Positions 29,579 to 39,463 of a stretch of 64,000 bases of DNA are shown piece after piece (the first letter of the stretch is position 1; each line of letters starts with the position of its first letter). The stretch lies in contig CAVTHK010000013.1 in assembly GCA_963734495.1 (NCBI GenBank), forward strand, positions 1-64,000, in the 5' to 3' direction. The DNA comes from an uncultured Spirochaetota bacterium (GTDB taxonomy: Bacteria > Spirochaetota > Spirochaetia > SZUA-6 > CAVTHK01). The notes beneath the pieces were generated by a model that was not told the DNA's origin, did no database searches, and saw only the letters and a program-made list of their open reading frames with translations. The position numbers and the translations under genes are program-made.

Positions 29579-30405
29579 CTCGCAGAGGCGTCCTGCTTCG
29601 GCGCGGTGTCGTCTATGCCCCGCTGATACTGCTCTCCGCGGTCTGCGTGATCCCATTCTACGTGATGATGATCAACGCCACGCGGACGAACGCGGAGATC
29701 TCGGTGGCGGTTTCCCTGGTCCCTGGAAGCAACCTTCTCAGGAACTACGCGAAGCTGAATGACACCATCAACATGCTCGGAGCCCTGAGGAACAGCGTCA
29801 TCATTGCTTCGCTGTCGACGGCGCTCACCGGCTACTTCGGCGCGATGGCGGCCTACGGCTTTGCCAAGTTCCGGTTCAAGGGGCGTACTCTGCTCTTTGC
29901 GCTGACGCTCAGCACGATGATGATACCGTTCCAGCTCTGCTACATCGGCCTCTATCAAGCGGTGGCCCGTCTCCATCTTATCAACACATTCTGGCCGATC
30001 ATACTGCCGGCGATGGCGAACGCCGCGACGGTGTTCTGGATGCGCAACCACATGACCAGCGTGGTCGACACGGCCTACATGGAGGCCGCGCGCATAGATG
30101 GCTACAGCGAGATGGCCATCTTCCATACCATCGTCTTGCCGCTCGCTCGCAACGGCTTGTTCACCGTTTCCATCTTCAACTTCGTAAGCGCATGGAATGA
30201 CTACATCGCCCCGTTGATCTTCCTGTACGGGAACGAGCGGTTCCCTCTCTCGCTGGCCATCGCGGTCGTGAAGCAGGCGGATTTCCAGGATCAAGGCGCG
30301 ATATACGCCGGGGTCGCCATGTCGGTCTTGCCGATTCTCATCGTCTATGGGTTTCTGAGTTCAAAGATCATCAGCGGGATCACCGTGGGTGGAATCAAAG
30401 GCTGA
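29575..30405 (+). CDS. Carbohydrate ABC transporter permease
   Basis: EAARIDG, WNDY and GGIKG. Confidence 0.9.
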   Translation: MTRRGVLLRRGVVYAPLILLSAVCVIPFYVMMINATRTNAEISVAVSLVPGSNLLRNYAKLNDTINMLGALRNSVIIASLSTALTGYFGAMAAYGFAKFRFKGRTLLFALTLSTMMIPFQLCYIGLYQAVARLHLINTFWPIILPAMANAATVFWMRNHMTSVVDTAYMEAARIDGYSEMAIFHTIVLPLARNGLFTVSIFNFVSAWNDYIAPLIFLYGNERFPLSLAIAVVKQADFQDQGAIYAGVAMSVLPILIVYGFLSSKIISGITVGGIKG

Positions 30406-30412
30406 GAGAAGG

Positions 30413-31516
30413 ATGGGCAGAGCAATGAGCTTCGACATACCAACGCAGATGCGGGCAATGGTGCTCACGGCCCCGGGCAAGTTCGAGGTCCGAAACGTGC
30501 CGGTTCCTGCGCCGGGGCAAGGGGAAGTCCTGTGCCGTATCGGCGGAGTGGCCATTTGCGGCAGCGACCCGGAGATCTTCCGGGGCGACATTGCCGGGAT
30601 CTGGCCCCCGCACTATCCGTTCGTGGCCGGGCACGAGTGGGCCGGGCGTGTCGTCGCTCTCGGAACGAATGTGACAAAGTTCAAGGTGGGCGACCGGGTC
30701 GCGGGAGAAGCCCACAAAGGCTGCGGTCACTGCCGCAACTGCCTCGCGGGCCACTACAGCACCTGTCTCAACTACGGCAACTACGAGAGTGGTCAGAGAC
30801 ACTACGGGTTCAAGAACAACGGAGCATACTGTCAGTATCAGTCATACAATGTGAACTCCCTGACACTCATGCCCGACAGCGTTTCGTACAAAGAAGGCGC
30901 CATGGCCGACACCGCCGGAGTCGCGTTGCATGGCATCGAGCTGGCCGCGCCTGTCGCCGGGTCCACCGTGGCGGTCATCGGTCCCGGGCCTATTGGGATG
31001 ATGGCGATGAAGATCTCAAAGGCGTTGGGTTGCGCCCGTGTCATTGTCGTGGGCCGCGGGTCGCGTCTGCAATCAGCCATCAACCTCGGATGTGACGACG
31101 CGGTGGACTTCACCAGGTGCGATCCAGTCGAACGAGTTCGTGAGCTCACCGACGGCCTCGGCGTCGATGTCTGCTACGAGAGTTCCGGTGCGAAGGGAAC
31201 ACTGTCGCAAGGGATCCGGATGTGCCGCCGTGGCGGAAAGGTAGTCATGCTTGGCGTTGCACCCGATGGTGTTGTGGAGGAGATACCGGCCAGGTTCACC
31301 ACAGCCAACGAAATAGCGATTCTTGGTTCCAAGGCCAATCCAAATACGTGCTGGAAGGTCATGCAGCTGATAGGCCGCGGCAGACTCCATGTCAAAGACA
31401 TGGTGACCCACACGTTCGATCTCGAGCACGTGGGCGATGCCGTTGACACCTTCGTCAACCGAAAAGACAATGTGATGAAAGTTGTCATATATCCAAACGG
31501 AGGTGAGGAAGCCTGA
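30413..31516 (+). CDS. Zn-dependent alcohol/polyol dehydrogenase, paralog of 19452-20519
   Basis: CGSD, GHEWAG, CGHCRNC and GPGPIG. Confidence 0.9.
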   Translation: MGRAMSFDIPTQMRAMVLTAPGKFEVRNVPVPAPGQGEVLCRIGGVAICGSDPEIFRGDIAGIWPPHYPFVAGHEWAGRVVALGTNVTKFKVGDRVAGEAHKGCGHCRNCLAGHYSTCLNYGNYESGQRHYGFKNNGAYCQYQSYNVNSLTLMPDSVSYKEGAMADTAGVALHGIELAAPVAGSTVAVIGPGPIGMMAMKISKALGCARVIVVGRGSRLQSAINLGCDDAVDFTRCDPVERVRELTDGLGVDVCYESSGAKGTLSQGIRMCRRGGKVVMLGVAPDGVVEEIPARFTTANEIAILGSKANPNTCWKVMQLIGRGRLHVKDMVTHTFDLEHVGDAVDTFVNRKDNVMKVVIYPNGGEEA

Positions 31517-31620
31517 TGGAAAGATCATCGTCGGCAGCGGCACCATGGGCAGCAACATCGGTGCGACCTGCTCACTGGCAGGCGAACCGGTAGTGCTCGT
31601 GGACATTGCTCTCAACCGGG
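31516..31620 (+). pseudogene. N-terminal fragment of a 3-hydroxyacyl-CoA dehydrogenase-like Rossmann protein
   Basis: IIVGSGTMGSNIGATCSLAGEPVVLVD, after which similarity ends. Confidence 0.5.
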
Positions 31621-31905
31621 CAGAGCGCGGAGACCCTGGGACCTGCAAAGTCGAGAGCGCTGGCAACATCGCGCGGGACGTAGGGCAGACATGGCCGTTG
31701 ACTGGACTATGCGGAGCGTCCGATGGTACTTGGGCAGGCCACCGGGGGTGGCCATGGACCTTCATCGACAGGTAGCCGAACTTCTCCTCCAGGCGTACCA
31801 GCCCCTTACCCGGCTGGGTCTTCCACCCAGCAAGAAGCGCCACGCTTGCTTGGCGCACTATTGGCACGGACGTTCCCGAAGCCCACGGCGTCGCGCCGTC
31901 ACCGA

Positions 31906-32259
31906 CTACTTGTCGCTCGCGTCGCGGGCGCTGAGCTCCGCCTCGAGGGCCTGCTGCACAAGCTGGTTGAGCGAGATGCCCCGAAGGGTTGACTGCCGAG
32001 CCGCCTTGCGGTGCAATTCCGGCGGAACCCGTACGTTGAATGTTCCACGGTAGGACTTCTCAACGCGTTTGCCAGTCCGCTTGCACAACTGCAGGTAGTC
32101 CTCAACCGCCTCTTTGAATCCGGCCGTCAGATCCCCGACACTCGCACCCTCAAAGGTCACCAGATCGTCAATCCCCTCGATCTTTCCGTGGAACACAGAG
32201 TCGTCGGCGCTAAAGTGGACCGAGCCGACAAAACCCTTGTAGGTCAACACGTCAGCCAT
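31906..32259 (-). CDS. hicB: HicB family antitoxin
   Basis: LTYKGFVGSV...FHGKIEGIDDLVTFEG...FKEAVEDYL...YRGTFNVRVPPELH...ISLNQ. Confidence 0.9.
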   Translation of the reverse strand: MADVLTYKGFVGSVHFSADDSVFHGKIEGIDDLVTFEGASVGDLTAGFKEAVEDYLQLCKRTGKRVEKSYRGTFNVRVPPELHRKAARQSTLRGISLNQLVQQALEAELSARDASDK

Positions 32260-32517
32260 TCAGATAGCTCCTATGCGAACCAGCTCCGCCAACACCTCTT
32301 CGACTTGGTACCGCTTGAGCTGCCTGGCAGGGTGAGGGCGACGCAGACGGATTATGTGTTTGGTGTCCGGGTTGTGAAATGCCACCCTCGAGCTGCCAGT
32401 CCTGGCTGTGGTGAGCTCCACGTACCCAAGCCCACGCAACAGCGTCCGCAGCTCGTCAAAGGTCAAGTCCGTCGGCCGGCTGCGGAAGCGGGCCAGCAAC
32501 TTGTCGTGACGGCTCAC
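32260..32517 (-). CDS. hicA: HicA family toxin
   Basis: KLLARFRSRPTDLTFDEL..LL..LGY...TGSSRVAF...RPHP..QLKRYQV. Confidence 0.85.
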   Translation of the reverse strand: MSRHDKLLARFRSRPTDLTFDELRTLLRGLGYVELTTARTGSSRVAFHNPDTKHIIRLRRPHPARQLKRYQVEEVLAELVRIGAI

Positions 32518-32523
32518 AACAGC

Positions 32524-32569
32524 AGTATACGAAAAGTCAAGATTGATTGCAACTGGGATGTAGTTGCAA
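32524..32569 (-). promoter_or_regulatory. hicAB promoter TTGCAA-N17-TATACT with operator inverted repeat TTGCAACT...AGTTGCAA
   Basis: The -10 box lies 6 nt from the GTG start; the inverted repeat spans 32547-32569. Confidence 0.6.
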
Positions 32570-32661
32570 AATGAACCGCTCTGCCATCGTTCCTAATCTC
32601 TCTTCTGCGAAGTCAGGCAGCGTCTTCTGGTCGCGCGCGGCGACCATAGTGTTCCCCGCCT

Positions 32662-33300
32662 CGCTTGCCAACCTGAAACCGCTGTTCGTGGTCACCGAGC
32701 GGCGGCCCCTGGTGGCGGCCGCCTACCACGTCCTTCCCGCTGACCTGTTCGCCGCAGTGCGCGGCTATTGGGTCGTGGCCGATCCCTACGGCGACGGAGG
32801 CACCTGCGATGACGACCATTAGAAAGACAAGCCGCGATCTGGCGGTCACCATCCAGCCGCTCTCCGGTCGCGATGGGGAGTACCTGGCGTACTTCCGCTC
32901 CGAGCCTCTGGAGGCCACGCTCAGCGTCTACTTTCACGACAGCCTCATGGGAGCCATCGCGTTGCACGAGTTTCGCCGAAATGCTGAGAAAGGCCTACGG
33001 GGTCAACGGTGTCCGCCTGGAGCTCTGTGACCAGACGGTGGTGTTCCGCAGCCGTGCGGTGCTGGACGTTCTCACTTCGAGGCCTTCCGGCCGGAACGTC
33101 TATAGCAGAGGGGAGCAGAGAGGAGGCCCCCCTCCGGAAGCGGTGTGGGCCGATTGCGGCTCGCGCCTACCGGTAAGGGCATACTACTTGCGGAAGGCGC
33201 GCGCCGAGGGCAGCCGCTGCGCTCGTTGAAGGCTCCCCGCGGCCTTCGATGCCATCGGTGCCGCCGTTGATCTGGGTGCCTTTCGTGCTATCCTGGATGC
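32662..33300 (+). repeat. Copy 2 of the direct repeat (SLOG 3' remnant, small ORF from 32809, non-coding block, promoter)
   Basis: ANLKPLF...YHVLPADLFAAVRG.WVVADPYGDGGTCDDDH and MTTIRKTSRDLAVTIQ, as in copy 1. Confidence 0.9.
33267..33294 (+). promoter_or_regulatory. Conserved promoter TTGATC-N16-TATCCT facing the cargo slot
   Basis: Positional and sequence homolog of 14028-14055. Confidence 0.6.
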
Positions 33301-33343
33301 GGCCAAGCGCCCGACGGCGCGGCTGACCGTTGCAGAGGTATCC

Positions 33344-33781
33344 ATGCGAGAATCACTGCTTGTCTTCGTGGATGGTACTATCTGCGACACGCGGCAGCGG
33401 CACTCGGTCGCTGGCACGCCAGCGTTCTACGGCCCGTCAATCATCATGGCAGACCTTCCGACTCCCGGCAGCGTCGAGTGCCTGACCGATCTGTCGCTCT
33501 CCTACGAGATAGTCTACATGGCCGCAAGGCCGGCCTGCGCACGCGAGGCCACAGAGCGGTGGCTGTCCCGATGCGGATTCCCTCCAGGGCCGCTCTACTT
33601 GGCTGCCACTCAGGACGAACGCCTGACCATCGTACGCACCCTGAAGTCCCGGCGATCCTTTCGGGCCGGCATAGGCGATCGCTGGGACGACAACGAGCTG
33701 CACTTGGAGATCGGCTGCATGAGCATCATAGTCAAGGAATTCGAGCCCAATTGGGCCACGGTTATCCGGCACGTCTCTTGA
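33344..33781 (+). CDS. HAD-superfamily acid phosphatase-like protein (cargo slot of copy 2)
   Basis: VFVDGTICDT (degenerate motif I), IVYMAARP, TERWL..CGFP and GIGDRWDD. Confidence 0.75.
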   Translation: MRESLLVFVDGTICDTRQRHSVAGTPAFYGPSIIMADLPTPGSVECLTDLSLSYEIVYMAARPACAREATERWLSRCGFPPGPLYLAATQDERLTIVRTLKSRRSFRAGIGDRWDDNELHLEIGCMSIIVKEFEPNWATVIRHVS

Positions 33782-33830
33782 ACGGTCCGAGTTGCCACGA
33801 GCCGCAAGCGCGGCCGCGTGTTGCGGAAGG

Positions 33831-33917
33831 GCGCATCGGCATTGCGGAGAGCTTCAACCACCGTGCCAGTAGGGGGAATCGGGATGTGCGCCTCCGCTCT
33901 CATGCCTGCACGCCTGC
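33831..33917 (+). repeat. att-like site R3
   Basis: GCGCATCGGC-N19-ACCGTGCCAGTAGGGGGAATCGGG; the right flank resembles R2. Confidence 0.7.
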
Positions 33918-34189
33918 TGCAGAAGCTCTCGGAGCGCCGCGCATCGAACCGAAGATGATCTCCGTCGCAATCTGCCGTGGCCGACAGAAGGCGGACGCGC
34001 CCCCACGTCCTGTGGGGGCGCTCGACTGGGGGACCGGCCAGAGGTCGCCTGGCAGGATGCCGAGCGGCCTCTGGACCAGATCTTCCGACCAGCTCTATGG
34101 GGTCGGCTTTGGCCGTCCGATGCCCCGCGTGTCATCCATCGGTGGTGTCGTGTCTCCGTGGGTGATCGCCGACTGATCACCTCAATCAC

Positions 34190-34786
34190 TCAGAACGAAG
34201 CCGTCTTGACCTCTCCATCCCGCGCGTAGGAGGCGACGATCACGCCGCCGGGCGTTACCTTGCTTTCCAGCAGGCGGAAGTTGGCGGCAATGGCTCCTTC
34301 GCCGAAGAGACGCTTGCCCTTGCCCAATGTCACGGGGAAGATCTTCAGCCAGAGCTCGTCGACCAGGTCCTGCTTGATGAGCGTCTGCAGCAGGTTGGCG
34401 CTGCCGTATACGTGCAGGTCAGGACCGTCGGATGCTTTCAGTTTCCTTACCTCGCTCGCGGCATCGGTGAAGAACAGCGAGTTCTTCCAGCTATGAGACG
34501 AAAGCGTCCTCGAGGCGACATACTTCGTCATGTCGTTGATCCTGGGCCAGCCGTCCGCGTGCTCCGGCCAGTAGGACGCGAAGATCTCAAAGGTCTTTCT
34601 GCCCAGCAGCAGGTCGACGGGTCTGGACATCTGGCGGCCCATGATCTCGCCCGCCGTTTTGTCGAAGTAGGGGACGGTCCAGCCGCCAAGCCTGAAGCCA
34701 CCTGAGGTATCCTCGTCAGGTCCCCCTGGTGCCTGAATGATACCATCCAGCGAGACAAACTCGAGCGCGGCGATCCTTCTCATCAT
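34190..34786 (-). CDS. Dihydrofolate reductase family (RibD C-terminal) protein
   Basis: FVSLDGIIQAPGGP, LLGRKTFE, YGSANL and GKGKRLF. Confidence 0.9.
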   Translation of the reverse strand: MMRRIAALEFVSLDGIIQAPGGPDEDTSGGFRLGGWTVPYFDKTAGEIMGRQMSRPVDLLLGRKTFEIFASYWPEHADGWPRINDMTKYVASRTLSSHSWKNSLFFTDAASEVRKLKASDGPDLHVYGSANLLQTLIKQDLVDELWLKIFPVTLGKGKRLFGEGAIAANFRLLESKVTPGGVIVASYARDGEVKTASF

Positions 34787-34999
34787 CGACTCCTCTCCTG
34801 TGAACCAGGCTGTTTCTGTCTGGAAGCGCCACTCGTGCTTACCGAGCCAATGCTTCCGTCACCTTATTGACGTTCAGGGAGCAGCCAAATCGACACCGTG
34901 CGGGTGGAATGTCTCTCTTGACCCCGCTTGATGGCCTGGTGCCCTTGACCGCCAAAGGGTTCAACCCGTTGGCATTGAATGCCGCATCCCGATAGTCCA

Positions 35000-35338
35000 A
35001 TAAGCACTGGGCGTGGTGGACGACGGCCTCGACATCCTCGGCCCCGCACTGCTCTCGCTGGCCGGGCATGGCGACCGCCTCCGGATGCACTGCCTGCTCG
35101 CCTAGGTGAACTGCAAGCCGACCAAGACGGGCGTGTCGTTCACCTGGGAGGCGCGTGGGAGTACGACTGGATGTCGGGCTCGGGCCGCGTGACGCTTGAC
35201 AAGGCGGCCGGCTCAAGGGCACGTTCCGGATCAAGGACGGCGACTCGAGCTCATTCGTCGCCGTGCGCGCCGATGAGGCGGACGAGCCCATCCCGCCGCC
35301 CCCGAGCTACCGCGACAAGTGGCGATGGTCGCTGGTAG
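35000..35338 (+). pseudogene. Degraded hypothetical protein
   Basis: Protein-like reading LDILGPALLSL...VSFTWE.AWEYD...GSGRVTL...PIPPPPSYRDKW with an in-frame stop and frameshifts. Confidence 0.4.
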
Positions 35339-35383
35339 CCACGCCCGGTCTTGCGCTCCCGAGGTGCTTGAAGGAGATATAGA

Positions 35384-36146
35384 CATGCGCACGCAACAAA
35401 CCGTTCTTCTCGTTGGCGGTACCGGACGCACGGGCGGGCGCGTGTTGCAGCAACTCCTGGGCCGCGGCATCAGCGTTCGCGCCATCGTGCGATCGGGCGG
35501 GAAGCTCCCGCCCGACGTCGCGGGCAACCCCAACCTGACGGTGATCGAGGCCAGCCTGCTGTCGCTTCGAGATGAGGAGCTGCAGCAGCACCTGCGCGGC
35601 TGCGATGCCGTCATCTCGTGTCTCGGTCACGTCCTCAGCCTCAAGGGCATCTTCGGACCACCGCGCGACCTTGTCACGAGAGCGACGACGCGCCTGTGCC
35701 GTGGGGTCGAAGCGCTGCAGCGCGCAGCGCCGGTCAAGTTCATCCTCATGAGCAGCGTCTCGGTCAATCGCCCGGGCGGCCTCGACACGCGCCGTGGCTT
35801 TTTCGAGAAGGCGTTTCTCTGGATGCTCCGCGGCGTGCTTCCCCCGGCCAAGGACAACCAGCGAGCCGCGGACTTCCTGCTCGAGAAGATCGGGCCGAAC
35901 AACGCGTTCGTTCAGTGGGCGGTGGTCCGACCGGACTCGCTCCTGGAGGGCGACGTCTCGGAGTACACGGTGCACGAGGGCCTCGTGAACAGCCTCTTCG
36001 CGCCCGGCAGTACGAACATGGCCAACGTCGCGCACTTCATGTGCGAGCTGGTGACAAACCCGAAGACGTGGGCCGACTGGAAGTCCAAGCTGCCCGTGAT
36101 CGTCAACGCTGCAGCGTCGAACGTCATGACGGCGAAGCCAGCCTGA
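35384..36146 (+). CDS. NAD(P)-binding atypical SDR (NAD_binding_10-like)
   Basis: LVGGTGRTG, GCDAVISCLG and WAVVRPD; GAAGGAG RBS. Confidence 0.85.
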
Positions 36147-36472
36147 GTGGCAGACGGTCGAGCACCTCTGCCCAGGGTCAGGGCCGCCAGAGTTGGAGCC
36201 TGGCCCGCTGCACGGCCATCTGCTTCTCGTGGTCGAGGTCGCGGAGGAGGCGCTGGAACTCGCGGAGGCTCTCGTCGTCCGGCGTCTCGAGCTCGATGCC
36301 GTAGTTTGCGGCGGCCGGTCGTGCAGGTGATCTCGGCGACCAACCACTCGACCAGCCGCCGCCTCTGGTAGTCGCGCCGGTCCATCAGGCGTCCGAGCTT
36401 GCGGGCATTGCGGCGACGTCGGCCTCGCGCGCGCTGGCCAGGATGAGCCGCGCCGCGAGGCGCGGCTCCGCG

Positions 36473-38482
36473 TCAGCCTTCTATTTTAAGAGCTTCGAAG
36501 AGCCCGAGCTTCGGCACCTTGATCGCGAGCCTGCCGCCGGCCCACGCGTGTTCGTGCGCGGCTCCGGTCACGAGGCTCTTGACCGAGCGCGGCTTGCGTT
36601 CCCAGGGCAGATCCACCGACACCTCGCTCAGCGTCGCGGGCGCGAAGAAGCTCACGCCGAAGTGCCCCGAGTGGTTCACCAGGTGCACGAGCTCCCCCTT
36701 GCCGTCGCGGCGAGCCAGGCGCGTCACCTGCACCATCGCGGGCAGGCTCCCTCTCACGGGCTCGAGGCCGAGCACGCTCTCCAGGACGTCGACCACGAGG
36801 TCGGAGGTGTTCGGGTACCCCTGCCTGTGAAAGAGGGCACCCGGCATCCAGGGGAACCACGCCGCCCTGCCCTTGCCGTACGGGTTGACCGTGAACGCGG
36901 GCCGGTCCACCGGCGGGTTGAGCGGATAACAGCGCTCAGGCGGCCCGAAGGGCTGCGGCGGCAGAAGCTTCAGGTACTGCGCCGCCTTGCCGTCGTAAGC
37001 CGCGAACACGTACTCCCCGTCCAGGTAGGCGAGCGAGGTGAGCGCGAAGCGAGGAAGCAGCTTCTGGTCCGCGGCCGACAGCTTGAAGTAAGCGCCCCTC
37101 ATGTCGGCCCGGATCGCATCCACCGAGCGGATACCGAGGCTCTTGAGCGCGGGGACCGCCCGGCTCTCAAAGTCCTGGTCGTAGAAGCCGCTGCGGCCCG
37201 ATGCGACCAGCGTCCCGCCCGACTGCGCAAAGCTGTCCAGCCGCGAGGCCAAAGCGTCGCTCATGAAGCGGATGTCCGGCAGCACGATCGTCCTGTAGCG
37301 GTCCCACGAGATGTCCGCCGCGGCCCCGACCACGCACACGTCGAAGAGCTGGTGGCTCTCGAGCAGGAAACGGAACCAGCCGCGGTACTCGTTCTGGCTC
37401 TCGGCGGGCTTTACCAGCAGGATGCTCGCCTTGGATTCCAGGTCGCGATAGTCCTCTTCGTGGGCCGCGTGGTAGGCGAACGCCTCCTTGATCCCGGCGT
37501 AACCGCTCTTGTCCTCGTGGTTATCGAGCCGCCCGATGAGGTAGTAGTCGATGCCGCCGCCGTTGGCGAGCCCCTCCACGAGGCGCAGCTTCTGCTGGTG
37601 CGGCGAGACGGCCGTGTGGCGGTACTCGTAGTCGAGAAAGTCGACGGTCGTGTTGCTCGACTGCATCCCGGGGTAGGAGCCGACCGCCCACTTCGTGTTG
37701 TCGCTGCCGTTGTACTGCCAGTGCGGCAGCGCGCGGTCCATCCCCGTGTTGGACTCCTGGCGGATCAGCCCGCTGCCCAGCTCGAACGCCTTGTCGATCA
37801 GGATCTCGGGCCTGATCTTGCGGATAAAGGCGTCGACCTTCGCCTTGTGCTCCCTCGCCGTCTCGCGCGTGAACAGCTGGTACTTGCGGAACGCCGGGTC
37901 GCTCATGTCCTCGACCTTCGGCAGCGTCAGACCGAAGCGCTCGCGGAACAGGCGCTTGCAGTTCGCGCACTGGCAGATCCCGTGGTAGGCGTGGCTGTAG
38001 TCGCTGGTCTTGTACCCGCCCATGTTGAAGAAGATCCCGTCCACGTCCAGCGTCGTGATCGTCTCCTCGATGATCTTGAGCGCGTACTCCTGCTGGTAGC
38101 CGCCGTTGAGGCAGGCGTGCACGTCGCCGTTGTAGTCGACGATCCTCCCCTCGACGCTCACGTACGCCCAGTCCGGGTGCATCTCGTAGATCGGCCGCCT
38201 GATCTTCGAGAAGTCGGTCCGAGCGATGACCTTGATGCCCGCCTTGTGACAGGCGGCGATGATCTCAGCCAGGCTGGACCCCTTGAGGAACGGGCTCTGG
38301 TAATGATACGGCAGCTTCGTCGGGTAGCTCGCGATGATTCCTGAGGTGTTGATCATCGCCACCGTGGCCTTGAACTCCTTGAAGTCCGCCACGTAGCGCT
38401 CCGCGTCGATGTCGATCATGTCGATCTCGCGCAGGTTCGTCTGGATGAACCGCCACGGCCATCCCTTCCACCACTCCTTCAA
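36473..38482 (-). CDS. Hypothetical glycosyl hydrolase family 6 (GHL6) with a beta-galactosidase trimerisation-like domain
   Basis: WRFIQTNLREID, ACHKAGIKVIARTDFS, DGIFFN and CQCANC; TTG start after GAGGAGG. Confidence 0.75.
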   Translation of the reverse strand: MKEWWKGWPWRFIQTNLREIDMIDIDAERYVADFKEFKATVAMINTSGIIASYPTKLPYHYQSPFLKGSSLAEIIAACHKAGIKVIARTDFSKIRRPIYEMHPDWAYVSVEGRIVDYNGDVHACLNGGYQQEYALKIIEETITTLDVDGIFFNMGGYKTSDYSHAYHGICQCANCKRLFRERFGLTLPKVEDMSDPAFRKYQLFTRETAREHKAKVDAFIRKIRPEILIDKAFELGSGLIRQESNTGMDRALPHWQYNGSDNTKWAVGSYPGMQSSNTTVDFLDYEYRHTAVSPHQQKLRLVEGLANGGGIDYYLIGRLDNHEDKSGYAGIKEAFAYHAAHEEDYRDLESKASILLVKPAESQNEYRGWFRFLLESHQLFDVCVVGAAADISWDRYRTIVLPDIRFMSDALASRLDSFAQSGGTLVASGRSGFYDQDFESRAVPALKSLGIRSVDAIRADMRGAYFKLSAADQKLLPRFALTSLAYLDGEYVFAAYDGKAAQYLKLLPPQPFGPPERCYPLNPPVDRPAFTVNPYGKGRAAWFPWMPGALFHRQGYPNTSDLVVDVLESVLGLEPVRGSLPAMVQVTRLARRDGKGELVHLVNHSGHFGVSFFAPATLSEVSVDLPWERKPRSVKSLVTGAAHEHAWAGGRLAIKVPKLGLFEALKIEG

Positions 38483-38614
38483 TCTGTCCTCCTCGATCGG
38501 TTCCCCGTCACGGGGCACCGTAGCGCGAGTCGCGGCAGCCTGGCAATCGGCTCGCTTGCTCGCCTCCGGCCGGCTCCTTGACGCAGGCCCGGCCGCGGGC
38601 CACGCTCGGCATCA

Positions 38615-39358
38615 GTGCGCAACCTCCGGCTGACGGTCCAGTACGACGGCACCCGCTACCAGGGCTGGCAGCGTCTCGGCTCCGGCGCCGCGACGCGGAC
38701 CATCCAGGGCAGGCTCGAGGCCGTGCTCGCCCGCCTCACCGGCGAGCGCATCGCGGTCATCGGCGCGTCGCGCACCGACGCGGGCGCCCACGCCGAGGGG
38801 CAGGTCGCCAACTTCCACACCGCCTCGCCCCTCCCGCCCGACGCGATCCTGGAGGCGTTCGGCAGGTACCTCCCCGCCGACATCGTCGTGAGCGGCGTCG
38901 AGGAGGCCGAGCCGCGCTTTCACGCGCGCTACCTCGCGCGCAGCAAGCTCTACGTGTACCGCGTCTGCAACCGCCCGGTCCCCGACGTCCTGCGCCGGAG
39001 CTTCGCGCTCCACGTGCCTTCCCCGCTCGACATCGAAGCCATGCGCCGCGCGGGAGCGCTCCTCACCGGAGAGCACGACTTTGTAGGGTTCTCGTCCCTC
39101 AAGGCCGGGAAGCGGTCGACGGTGAGGACCCTCTTCTCGTTCGCGATCGTCGAGCGCGACGGCCGGATCGACGTTCTCTTCGAGGGCGACGGCTTTCTCT
39201 ACAACATGATCCGCATCATCATGGGCACGCTGCTCGAGGTCGGCGCCGGGGCGAGGCCGGCCGACGACGTCGCGCGCGCGCTCGCCTCGCGCTCCCGGGC
39301 CGACGCGGGGCCCACCGCGCCCGCGCACGGGCTCTGCCTGCTCGAGGTGCGGTACTGA
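38615..39358 (+). CDS. truA: tRNA pseudouridine(38-40) synthase
   Basis: YDGTRYQGWQ, ASRTDAGAHA, FHARY, GFLYNMIR and TAPAHGL. Confidence 0.95.
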   Translation: MRNLRLTVQYDGTRYQGWQRLGSGAATRTIQGRLEAVLARLTGERIAVIGASRTDAGAHAEGQVANFHTASPLPPDAILEAFGRYLPADIVVSGVEEAEPRFHARYLARSKLYVYRVCNRPVPDVLRRSFALHVPSPLDIEAMRRAGALLTGEHDFVGFSSLKAGKRSTVRTLFSFAIVERDGRIDVLFEGDGFLYNMIRIIMGTLLEVGAGARPADDVARALASRSRADAGPTAPAHGLCLLEVRY

Positions 39359-39463
39359 GCACAGGGATGTGCTCGCCCGGGGCCGACAGGGATGTCGGGA
39401 GCCCCGGGCTGACCAGCCGCCGCCGAGTTGCGGCTCGCCTCCGATCCCGCCTATACTCCGCGC

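Noticed and set aside
31691-32053. Short ORF containing MDLHRQVAELLLQAYQPL
   Set aside because: It may be a gene remnant, but I cannot assign a family and it overlaps hicB on the opposite strand.
33860-33960. Intact tRNA gene at the att-like core
   Set aside because: The sequence beyond GAATC does not continue as GAACCCCC, so no T-arm or cloverleaf can form.
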